From positions 24,426,566-24,490,565 of the forward strand of contig JBNZDD010013732.1 of assembly GCA_050575255.1 (NCBI GenBank): a DNA stretch of 64,000 bases, written 5' to 3'. The notes below the pieces were generated by a model. That model searched no databases, was not told where the DNA came from, and saw only the letters and a program-made list of their open reading frames with translations. This DNA is from Harriotta raleighana. Taxonomy: Eukaryota. Positions within the stretch are counted from its first letter, which is position 1. Each line of letters starts with the position of its first letter. The position numbers were made by a program, and so were the translations under genes. Shown here piece by piece: positions 53,003 to 64,000 of the stretch.

Positions 53003-53527
53003 CAAGCAGAAACCCATCATTGTTTCCAAACGAATGACTAAGAGGTTCACAAAATCACGAAAATTTCCATTTATCTGGAATGGAGTGTTAACTCTCTCTG
53101 TAGAGGGAGTTAACTCTCCCTGCTCACCCAATCAATATTTTGCGCAATAGTGTGTTGTTTGTTATCATTTGAGTTAGTAAAGAAGCTTATTAAATTATTA
53201 AAGGGCAGGCCAGTTACTATTTTCCAGCTCAATGCTCATCATTCTTGTTCGCTGCTGGTGGTGGAGACAGTGGAGCTATGTTTATTTTATACAAAATTGC
53301 ATTGTAACAAACTGTCAGACAATGAGAACACATTTTAAGCAATTTATGCTTTTAGTATTTAAAAGATTTAAATATTTGTGTCAGCTGGGTGTCTGACACA
53401 AGCAGAAACCCATCATTGTTTCCATACGAATGCCTAAGAGGTTCACAAAATCATGAAAATTTCCATTTATCTGGAATGGAGTGTTAACTCTCTCTGTAGA
53501 GGGATGACACCCTGCTCATCCAATCAA
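53003..53527. repeat. Direct duplication of about 130 bp (53003-53135 and 53399-53527)
   Basis: CAAGCAGAAACCCATCATTGTTTCC...CTCTCTGTAGAGGGA...CCCTGCTCAYCCAATCAA occurs twice with few substitutions. Confidence 0.9.
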
Positions 53528-55474
53528 GCACAAATTGGCAAGAGCCAAAATTTAGGGATCCCAAATTGTGTGTTGGTGGACATTTGGAGTTTAACCAGCT
53601 AAAAACATATAATTTGTCATTGCTAATACTACCTGGCAAGCTTTCTGCTGCTAGGACCATCATTAGGACTTTGAACTGCCAAGATAACTAGAACCAATTG
53701 GGAAGAATCCCTGTCCCCATTGACTGGTAGATGACTGGTAGGCCTCTCCAAGTCCTGGAATGTGTCAGGCTGGCTGATCCATCATTACATCTAGGGCTTA
53801 TAAAATTGGTAGCAATGTGAGTATTACGACAACGAGTCTGTTCTCTGAATAGCATTTGTTAGACCCTAGTTTGTCCCTCATTCCCTTCCCTTCCACATTG
53901 TCACCATATTGTCTCCTTTCAAACGCAGACACAGGATGTGGTTAGGATCCTCCTATGCTGTTCATTATGGAATGATTCATCTAATTGAGAGATTGTCTAT
54001 GAATCGTGGTATTTCTTCACTATGCTATTTAGTAACTTATTCTTTCCTTGTAATATTCCAAAAATAATTTCAATGTACATTTCCACTCAGCAAGTAATAA
54101 TTAGATTTTCCTGTTTCTGTAGTTTGATTGAATGTTATTTCATATTCATATCTGTAGCTGATAACAAGTATTTTTCGTGTATCATTTCCCTTTTCAATCA
54201 AATCCATTATTATTGTCTATTCTCTCTTATACCTTCATTCAAATTATTTCTACAGTACTTCTCCACCACCTTTGTCTGCCTTACTCCATCTCTGATTCAG
54301 GCTAGCCTCAAATAAAGCCCGTGATTAAAATTCGAAAACACTACAGTTAATTCCCTAGTACTGTACCTAGCAAGTAGAAATCGTTTTTGACTTAATAACA
54401 ATGGCCAGCAAGCTCAGTTACCTCTTTAATTTGCATGGTTTTGTCTTTCATCAAGTTGAATAGCACAAGCACAGGAGCTAGGCAATAAATGCCTATTGAT
54501 TTACAAACTCCAACATTTCTTCTCTGAAAAACAAGTTTGAAGATTACCTGTTTGCTGAACAGAGTAAATTATTTTAAATGAGCCCAGAGTTGTTTAAAAT
54601 AGACAAGTCACAATAAAATGTATGATGCCTTCAATGAGAATACAAAAAACTGAAAACCATCTAGTTTAAAATTAATTACTTAACAAGGGCAATAAATGCA
54701 GTACAATGTATCTAGCATTTTAGAAACTCCCAACCTCTGGCTGAAACTATAAATCATTTTATGTTGTTTCCATTTGATTAATTATGTTGGAGAAGTGCAT
54801 CTCACACACAAAGATAGAAGACAATGTTAAACTGATATAATAATAAGCAAATAGTGAAATATAGCACTAAATCAGATATTAATGTGATTTACTGTACAGT
54901 ACTTTACAATATGTGGATAACGAATTTACTGCATTTGACTCGATTTTTATTGCTGTCACTAAGTGGCGCTGTTGATCATTAAAACACCTCAGAATGGCTT
55001 TGAACAGTTTTCTCACTCGCAAATAACAACACTCAGATCAGAATTCACCCCCACCCCCCCAATTGTCTTAAAACTCAGCAAAACAGTTTTATAAAAATGC
55101 CAACAAATACCTCTTCACAGCAAAATCTTGTGAAGCACGTTGAGACATGTCAACAGTGTGATAAGGCTGTATGAAATTGAAGGCCACTGTATAGTCTGCT
55201 TGGTTTTAAGTACAGTAATTGTTGAAGATTCCACGACACTATTAAAAAAAAATGAATTTCTCCCAGTTTTCTGGACATCGATCCTCCAGTTGAAATTGGC
55301 CATTTACCTCAGGACTGTTGTTTGACACTTTTCTATGTAGCAATTGGCTACCATGTTTGCCTAAAACTCAGCCACTATAACAACAACAAAATTACACTTG
55401 TATAGTACCTTTCACATCAGGAGGACGTCCCTATACTTGAGAATAATTATTGTTAAAGGCTCCTCAATATGATC

Positions 55475-55785
55475 ATAATAATAATCCTTACATTTTGTTA
55501 TAGCGCTTTTCACGTTTTCTAGCTGTCTCAAAGCACTTCACAAAATATACAGTAAAGTGAATTGACTGTATATATGTGGGTGAAATGTGGCAGCCAATTG
55601 CATACAGCAGTGTCCCACAAACAGCTGTGGATTGAAATGACCAATTTTATTATTGTTTTTTTGGAGGGATTACTATTAGGCGTGTGGAGTAAGGAAACTT
55701 GCCAAAGGTTTCGTCCTGCCTGGAATTGAACCCAGACCTCTTGCTTCTAAAGCGAGTGCTCTAACCACTGAGCTACAGGACTCCA
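55475..55785 (-). mobile_element. Full-length tRNA-headed SINE with Deu-like core and L2-like tail
   Basis: A box TAGCTCAGTGG and B box GGTTCAATTCC; core GTTTGTGGGACACTGCTGT...AATTGGCTGCC; tail GCGCTATA...AAGGA(TTA)n. Confidence 0.85.
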
Positions 55786-56722
55786 TGGTAACTATATAAA
55801 AAACATCTGTTTCTTAGTTCTTGAGAAAATGACTGACAGAATTAATTTATCTTTCATTTGCCATAATCAGACAAACTAGATAACCATTTAGAGCAATACA
55901 TTAATTATGCCTTTGAGTTTATTTCATTGGAGCACCAATGTAATCTTATGTTGGATTGCAAAATACCCAAAGTAAGTTTGATTGTTTTTAAAAAAATATA
56001 TACCAAAGCTTCTTTTCAGTTCCTAAATAGGATTCATAATAATCTAAGGCATCACAGCTTTGCTCAATGGAAAAATGACTACGTTTGCTAGTTTCTGCTC
56101 ATCTGCAAAATCCAGTTAATCCAAAACTCAGCCGTCCACATAAGCACCTGCACTGAACTCTCTATGCATTTATCACACTAGTTCTAGTCAGGCTCCACTG
56201 GCTTCCAATCACATAATAAATCAATTTAAAGTTTGTAACACTCATTTATAAGTAACTGATCTGACCTGCTCACTCCCTAATCCATTCCCTCAGCTAATTA
56301 TTAGTGATGGTTTGCAGCTGCAGGGACAGTGTTCAATTTAGTCAGTGCTGGTTGACAACAACAATGACAACTTCGATTTATATAGCTCCCTCCACACTGG
56401 ATGGCGTCTCAAAGCGCTTCACAGTCGCGGATCCTGGGACCGGGGTAGAAAGGTGACCAAAGGCGCGTTCGAAGAGAAAGGTCTTTAGCTGGGATCTGAA
56501 ACTGGAAAGTTTCCCAGAAACTTCCCTGAAACTGGGAAGTTGACCTAGTTTCCTGTTGATTGAAGATAAGAGCACTTGTATTTGTTAGATGTTGAACCAT
56601 TGAATGGAAATGTGTGGAGAAGCTGTAGCACCCCCTTCCAGTTGAATGCTATTGGCATGAGGCAACCTCTTTAATAAGGGAAGAAACTTGAGATTTTATA
56701 CAGAGATTAGAAATTTATTAAA

Positions 56723-57039
56723 AATAATCCTTGCATTTTGATATAGTGTTTTTCATGTCTTCTAGATGTCTCAAAGTGCTTCACAGAATGTACTGTAAAG
56801 AGAATTGACTATATATTTGTGTACGAAACGCGGCAGCCAATTGCGCATAGCAGTATCTCACAATCAGTCGTGGATTGAAATGATCAATTTTATTATTGTG
56901 GCTCTTTTGTGGAGGGATTATTATTAGGCATGTGGAGTAAGGAAACTTGCCCAAAGTTTCGCCCTGACTTCCCTGGATTCGAACACAAGTCTCACGCTTG
57001 TAAAGCGGGTGTTCTAACCACTGATCTGCAGGACTCCAC
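56723..57039 (-). mobile_element. Full-length tRNA-headed SINE
   Basis: Same family as 55475-55785 (B box GTTCGAATCC). Lies about 300 bp upstream of the annexin ATG exon. Confidence 0.85.
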
Positions 57040-57341
57040 GATATGATATGTAGGAGAGAGATTAAATATGGAAATTCTCCAAAAAGGGCAGGAAGTCCAA
57101 GGTAGACAAAGATACTTAGTGAGTGTTGGTGTTTAACAGATAGGGTGTTACCAAACTGGTCTGATAGCTCTTACCACGAAACTCCTCCCTTTACAAAGAA
57201 TATGTATTCAAATAGGTAATAGGACACCTCTACCCATTTAATCATTTGACTTCGATCACCCCACTCAGCTCCATTTGAAGATTGGAAGAGTGCATTGCTG
57301 ATTTTGTTTGGAAGGATTTTTTCCAAACTTCTAAACTAAGG

Positions 57342-57362
57342 ATGGCAGCCAAGGGTGCAGTC
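57342..57362 (+). CDS. Annexin, putative first coding exon (MAAKGAV)
   Basis: aggATGG Kozak context, 21 nt, strong donor GTC|gtaagt, phase 0 matching the next exon. Confidence 0.7.
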
Positions 57363-59150
57363 GTAAGTAAATAGATCGTGTTAGTATTGGGAGTAAGGGG
57401 GATGTTCCAGTCTGTGTGTTGTGTATGCAGATGGAGGGAGAAATCGAGTGATCTGCGAATGATTGTTGCTAGAAAATGGTTTGTCTTGTTAAAAGTGAAA
57501 TTAACCCACTACTTTGGGACAGTCTCACCACCGCAGTGAGTCTGCAGATGGATCTAGGGCCACTTTCATCTTCGACATGTAAGACTGGCAGGTTAATCTT
57601 GGGGTTTTACAGTCATTTATTGATAAGCACTAAACCAGTGGCATTTATATCGCACCGGTGGAACTTGCTGCATTTCTAAACCGACGTGGCTGTTGTCTCA
57701 CTGGTGTTTTGAACTTACTGTTACAGAATTGCTGATGGGTCGGAAAATATTTGTGTTTCGCCTTTGTTGGTGGAAGAACTGGTAAACATCACTTAACAGT
57801 GTGGATGGAAGGTGTAAATGGGGTAAAAGGTAGCCAGGTAAAAGCTGTTGGGTTCATGGTTAGGGGAGCCAAGAGTGATTTGAAAGCTGGTGTTAGGTTA
57901 CACTGATTTCCTCGTTGGGGATTCACTATTCCTGACACACCCAGCTGACTAATACAAGAAAGAAATACTGTACCTTGCAAAACTTTACACAATATTCACT
58001 GACATTTTTTTCTATCGTGTTTGGCAGAACCAGTAGGAAGGAATGTGCAGTAAAGATTGTTTTGCTAAAGGTGGCTTGGTGATGTCTTAAGAATGAAAAA
58101 CGATTGCAGAAAATAATCTTTGACCTAATGATTTTTGGTACCTGTATAATACTGTTGGTCGTGAGTACTTTTGTTTTAAAACAGATTACTTTAATGCTTT
58201 GTAATATTGCCAGTCCTTGTGCTACTTGTTTTAGTGGATGTTAAGCATCCCACTCTTGCAAAGAAGAAGGGAGTTTCCACTTCCTGGTCAACAATCTCCC
58301 AAATTAAAAAAAATTGGCCATTCACTTCACAGCTGTTTGTGGGACGTTGTCGTGCCTATGTCGGCCACATTCAACTACAAAATCCAGTCACTAATCACTG
58401 CACTTTACAGTGCTGTATATCCTGTGAAGTGCTTTGAAGTGTCCTCTCAATGTGAAATGGCTCTATGTCAAATGTAAGGATTGTTTGCCTATTTGTTTAT
58501 TTCTTTATGTATTATGTAAATAAAATAAACACAAGGCTAACTCAGTTACACCTCTTAGCATCGTAAAGAGCTTTTCTGTTTATTTCTGAGATCACAAGTG
58601 TATAATTTCCCCAATATTGAGGCAAAAAAAATCGCTTCAGATTTTGATTTAGAAATAGGAAACCGGGTACATTACCATCTAAAATATGGTAGGAGATCAA
58701 CAGGGAGCTTTTCAGACATTCAGGGAAATGGATGCCTTCTACTTGATTTTGTGTCTCTTATGGTAAACCAAAAACAAAGAAAAAGATGGTCTGCTTTCAT
58801 TGATTTTTGTTTGTTTGACATCATAGTGTGTTATTTTAAAGGGTAAAGGACATTTAATAAATCATTTTCATAGGAAATCTTCCTACTCAAAGTACTTAAT
58901 CTGACTATAAAGAAACCTAAGATAAATGAACACTTTACACAATTACAAGTCTACATTGCTTGTAACATGCTGACCATATTCTGTAGCTGCTCCAGTGATA
59001 TTCCTGAGAAGAAAGCACATGACTACTGGAGGTGTTGAGGTAGTATTTTTCAATTATAATAGAGTTATAACGCTTTCAGGAATGTGAATCACAGATCCTG
59101 CAAATAGAGTCTGACTTTTTAAAAATTACAACCAGTATGCAATTTGTAGA

Positions 59151-59408
59151 AGATGCTGAAACAAAAACAGAAATAGCTGGGAACACTCAGCAGGTCAGGC
59201 AGCATCTACGGAGAAAGGAAAAGTGAGTCAACGTTTCGGGTCCACGACTGTTCGTCAGAACATAAGTATATATCGAGTTCTGACGAAGTGACGTGGACTC
59301 GAAATGTTGACTCGCTTTTCCTTTCTCCATAGATGCTGTCTGACCTGCTGAGTGTTCCTAGTGACTTTTTGTTTCAGATTTCCAGCATCTGCAGTATTTT
59401 GTGTTTTT
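59151..59408. mobile_element. Head-to-head inverted pair of Penelope-like repeats, each with a hammerhead-like core
   Basis: 59151-59261 (-) and 59277-59408 (+) are reverse complements separated by a 15-nt spacer. Cores are GTTCTGACGAACAGTCGTGGACCCGAAACGTTGACTC and CGAGTTCTGACGAAGTGACGTGGACTCGAAATGTTGACTCG. Confidence 0.82.
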
Positions 59409-59595
59409 GTTTATAGAAAATACTGTCATTCAACTTGCATTACAATACAAATTTACTTTTATGTGATGTCTTTCATGGCAGGAGGACGTCTCAGGTCTCT
59501 TAAAAATGTTCAGTCTGTCAAAGGAGTTTTCTGTTCTGAGGTTGGAGTGATTTATCAAGCTTTGTAACTACAGTACTTTATTTTTCTCTGTACAG

Positions 59596-59677
59596 GCGAG
59601 AGGTACAATCACACCCTTCCCCAGTTTTAATGCTGAAGATGATGCCGACACTCTTCAGAGTGCCATGAAAGGATTAG
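59596..59677 (+). CDS. Annexin coding exon 2 (ANXA4/A5/A3/A8 group)
   Basis: tacag|GCG...TTAG|gtaacc, 82 nt. Encodes [28 protein letters not shown] (annexin MKGLGT motif). Confidence 0.93.
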
Positions 59678-59787
59678 GTAACCAAAGATCTTACGTTTCG
59701 TGTTACCATTGTATAATGGAATGATCACTACAAGTAGAAAATACTCTATATGTTTTCAGTTTGTAAAGGTTAACTTGTTCAGTCCTT

Positions 59788-60090
59788 TATGCATTTGATA
59801 TGGCACTTTATCATATTGTTGATGTATGAAAGCATTTCACAGAATATGTCGTCAAGTGGATTGTCTGTGTGCTTTTTGGGTGAAACACAGCAGCCAATTA
59901 CACACAACGGTGTCAAACAAACAGTTGTGGATGGAGTGACCAAATCTTTTTGGAGGGATTATTATCCCCGGAAAGCGATCAGCCAATGGCCTAACAACCA
60001 GTTCCTATTTACTGCTAAGTAAACGGAGGCGTGTGGAGTACGGAAACCATCTTAAGGTTTTTGTCCTGCCTGGGTCCTCTTGCCTCACAA
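59788..60090 (-). mobile_element. tRNA-headed SINE (diverged)
   Basis: Shares the GCAGCCAATT...AAACAGTTGTGGA...GGAGGGATTATTA...GTGTGGAGTA blocks with other copies. Confidence 0.7.
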
Positions 60091-60971
60091 GTCAGCTTCC
60101 CACCCAGAGATCTTAAACTAACACCTAGCTAATTCATAAAACAGTTGAATTAAACTTGCATATTTGTTAGTCGGGACAAACTCTGAAGAGAGTGCCATTT
60201 GTAAATCTATTCAACTCTTATTTTTGCAAGTGCAAGGACATTTTTAATATTTGGATTCTATATTTGGTAAATCCAGATGATGCTAGATTTTTAGGATTTC
60301 ATTTGTGCTCAAGAAAGCACACCAACAGCTTTCTGTAATGCTGCTACAAATTCCAGTTGTGCTCCCCTTCCAATTTTCTGGCAGGTAAAAGCATCGCCTA
60401 TTTAGCACTGTGTCCTGCAGTTCAGAAGGGCAGAAATTTACTAAATTCAAATGATTGTTACAAATCCCGCAAAGACTTCCCAGTCAGGCCTCCGGTACGT
60501 AACAGTTATGTAAAACCAATAAGGAGTGTTCGTGTTCACAGCTGTGGAAATGCTAAATAGACACCACCTCAGTTCCTTGTGATCAAATTATTATTCTGTG
60601 AAGAAGCTCCTTTGACCCCAGTCATGCCAGGATATTTTAAGAGTGTGTGATGTGGACAAAATAACTTTTAGATTAAGTTTGCTTAATTTTCAAATAAAAT
60701 GCTTTGAGACGTCTTGAAGATGTGATAAAGTGCTATATCAAATGCAAGGATTAGTATTATTAATATTTCTCTGGACAATGTCTATGACATAACTTTTTCA
60801 AGCCACCATGAGGTGTGTGTGATCACATGACAACTATCATTCACTGCTCAGCTGAGAGTTAAACTCTGATCTTCCAATAAAGAATCAAAACTCTGATCTT
60901 CGAATAAGAATTCCAGTGTCCTGTTGGCATTAGCTGTTTACCCACTCAATACCAACTTCTTATTTCTTCAG

Positions 60972-61066
60972 GAACTGATGAAGATGAGATTATCAACCTT
61001 TTGACAAGTCGCAGCAATGCTCAGCGACAGCAAATCGTCAAAGCATTTTCGGAGAATCACGGAAAG
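60972..61066 (+). CDS. Annexin coding exon 3
   Basis: ttcag|GA...AAG|gtaata, 95 nt. Encodes [31 protein letters not shown]. Confidence 0.95.
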
Positions 61067-62955
61067 GTAATAAATACTTTTTAATATTTAATATGCATGT
61101 AGTTACATTGAAACTGAGCACAGAATCACATCATTCAGCCCAGCTAATCCGTTTCAGCGCTTTATCTCCATCTGAGATTCCACACTCCTTAATCCACTCT
61201 TTACACTCCACTTCCATTCCCTTCCATTCCCTTCTCACTTGTGTATGCATCAAGTTTCTTCTTAATTATGTTGATGCTTTCTACCACAACCACAGTTTTC
61301 GGCAGTGCGTTTCGTATTCTCTCCACCATTTGTGTAAAGTTTTTTTTTTCAAAATTTCTGTTTAGATCTGCACTGGCAATCCTAATATATGTGCCCTTGT
61401 TTGGAACTCACTGAGAAGTGGAAATAGCCTATTAATCTTTTGTTAATACAACACATTTGGGGAAAATTTGTTGACATGTTGGGAACAATATCACTGACAG
61501 ATGTATACGGTGAATAGGGGCTCATCCACTGCAGAATGAATATTGTGAGTGTAAATTGCACTGGTCCTCATGTTTGGTCTGTATAGAGCTCTTATTGAAA
61601 GAGGTTCAACCATGTCCCACATCACATTATTCTGCAAGGACCAATGTGGCAAAGATGAATGCAAATTGAAGATCAGAGTGTACGATAAAGCCTGGGGCAA
61701 TGTTTCAGATTTGAATAAATGTAATGACAGACATAGAATAACAGAATCTTACAAAAATCATTGGGTTGTCAATTATCAACTCTGCTAGGGTTTTTTCCAC
61801 ATGAGCTACCTGATGTTCAGAAGTTGAAACCCTCGACTGTGACAAACTGTGACAGATTTGTGTTGCTTTGCTCATTTGACTACCAGAGAAAATGATTGGC
61901 TGTCTAATAAACCAGATATGTCAGTTCCTGGTTTCAAACCTGTGAACAATATCAGTCCAATGGATCTTTCTGATCCTTCAGTCACTCATTTGTGGGACTC
62001 ACATGCCTGAGGTTGTTTATAAATTGGACTGGTTGGGGAGAGATGCTCCCCCTCATGAAGGGCATTACATAAATGCAATTGTTGTTTACTTATGTGCTTT
62101 ACAACTGTGTTTTAAGATTAATTTAAACCACAATTAATTCTTGGTTCTTTCATTTGGGGTGGATATTTAAATGTGGCTGCCATGCATTCTTTGTTTACTC
62201 AGTTCCACATTCGCCTTGACTGCTCACTAAGCAGAAAATGTAAAGCTTCTGAAGCACTGGGTGTGTAAACCGCACACAATACATTTATTTCACTGCAGTT
62301 TGGGAATTAGAAGAGTCTCTTTGTAACTTGATGAAACCCAGTCATTGTACTTTACTGCGAAGGCAGCAGAAAAGAGATTTCAACCCACTCTCATTACCAC
62401 AATCTAATTCCAATCTAATCCACAATCTATTTGTATTCCCCTGTACAAGAGCATCTGAAAGATAGAGTTCTGTGGAATGGCAGCAATCTCTGTGTAGAAG
62501 ATAGCCCATTAAAGATTTAATTTAGATACAGAAATGCTTAAAATGTTAATGCTGCGAAAATTGTAAGGAGAGGTAGCTTTGTTGTAGGGTATTTTATAAG
62601 TTTGTTTTAAGGTCTAAAATGAGATCTGAAAATGGGGAAGGAGAGAGCAAGGCGAAGGGAATGAGGGTGAGAGTTTCATGGCTACCAGTTTTTTTTGATC
62701 AGCACACAATAATAGGGTTGCAGGAGGTCACAGATGGGAGGAGGTGGCCCTGTGAGTAATTTGAATGCAAGGACATTTGATATGATTAATGCGGTTGATG
62801 GGCTGGTGGAGGAGGAATCGTGGGCATATTGTAATAGATGCGGTACAATATTGCATGTTTGCATAAATTACATTTTCTTCCTAATCTTTCCTTTCTTGAA
62901 AATGTCATATTCTGGTTGAGGTTCCACAAAAGTTGGATTCCTCCCATTGCTCGCT

Positions 62956-63447
62956 CAACAACAACAACAACAAAATTACATTTGTATAGTGCCTTTCACG
63001 TCAGGAGGACATCCCAAGGTGCTGAACAGTTACTGCTTCAGACCCGAGCTGAGGACAGGGGAGGGGGGGGAAGGAGTTGCCGATGGGTCCATCAAAAAGT
63101 ATAGTCTAGAGGTTGAGTCTTGAAGGAGGCCAGGGAGGGGGCGAGGCGGAGGGATTTCAGGATGGAGTTCCAGAGATTGAGGGCAGAGTGTCTGAAGGCT
63201 CACCTGCCAATGGTTGGGCGGGTGGGTCGGAGGACGTGTCGCAGACCAGAGTCTGCTGCATAGAGGGGGTGGGCAGGTTGGTAAGGAGATAGGAGATCAT
63301 GGATGTAGGGTGGGGCAAGGTTGTGGAGGGCTTTAAATATAAGGGCCAGGATCTTGAATTGGATCCTCTGGATGATGGGGAGCCAATGGAGTCAGGCAAG
63401 GATGGGGGAGATGGGGTCATGGAGTTTGGAACAGTAGAGGACACAGC
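62956..63447 (-). mobile_element. L2-type LINE 3' fragment
   Basis: Close relative of 34276-34790, with a (CAA)n AAATTACATTTGTATAGTGCCTTTCACG tail on +. Confidence 0.85.
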
Positions 63448-63811
63448 CTTTCATATTCGTGAACTTGTCTGGCATTGAGCTTGAGATGTTCTTAACTGAT
63501 AGTCACCACATACACCCTCCAGGAGCTCTCGCACATCTTAGCTAAATCAGTAGGGACCAGAGACTAAACCTGGGAATTTTTGATCTGTATGCTTCCAATG
63601 CTGCATTATACAATGCACTCACCCCAGAGATATCAATAAAGTCCATTTTTGGAAAAAAAAATGCCTTGTCAGAAGGAGCCTGAAAAAAGAACTCTGAGCA
63701 TTTTTGTATTAATACTTTCACATTATTGGCTTCAATGCACATCTTACAGTGGATAAGAGACTTCAAACACAAACCTACCGTGCTGAATAACCTATCACTG
63801 AAAACCCACAG

Positions 63812-63925
63812 GATCTGATTGATGAATTGAAAACGGAGCTTGGAGGACATCTCGAAATGGTTATTGAGGGCCTCATCTTGACCCCTGCAGCATATGATGC
63901 AAAGGAACTGAAGAACTCCATGGAT
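63812..63925 (+). CDS. Annexin coding exon 4 (gene continues beyond the window)
   Basis: cacag|GAT...GAT|gtaaat, 114 nt. Encodes [38 protein letters not shown]. Confidence 0.93.
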
Positions 63926-64000
63926 GTAAATCATGTCTTTCAATTGATTGCTCATTTTGGGTTCCTGTTGTCCAAAGTAAAAAGTCACCTTTGCTTTCTG

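Noticed and set aside
55715-55785. tRNA gene-like sequence (also about 36715-36785 and 56970-57039)
   Set aside because: These are tRNA-derived SINE heads continuous with the SINE body, without a proper acceptor stem.
63542-63988. 148-aa minus-strand ORF
   Set aside because: Antisense to annexin exon 4 and flanking intron, with no recognisable homology.

Overview
This is vertebrate genomic DNA, not microbial. The repeat content (CR1 and L2 LINEs, tRNA/Deu-type SINEs, Penelope-like ends) suggests a cartilaginous fish; that is inference. Three spliced genes were reconstructed by hand from GT-AG junctions and phase continuity. (1) The last two coding exons of a PAQR3-like gene on + (3434-4033). 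(2) A complete AAK1-type NAK kinase on - (ATG 49256), with 16 shared exons and two alternative terminal exons: a short 'LLMDQLIDLS*' exon (751 aa product) and a 983-nt BMP2K-C-like exon (1049 aa product). (3) The first four coding exons of an annexin on + (57342 to beyond 63925), divergent from the kinase. Introns carry CR1 and L2 fragments, SINEs, Tigger/pogo and hAT MITEs, and a 702-bp solo LTR. They also carry at least seven copies of a Penelope-like terminal repeat whose consensus reads as a minimal type I hammerhead ribozyme; four of these form two head-to-head inverted pairs. The most notable items are this hammerhead-bearing repeat family and the PAQR3-like/AAK1/annexin gene order, which combines features of two different human paralogous regions. 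Almost all ORFs in the supplied track are spurious or repeat-derived.
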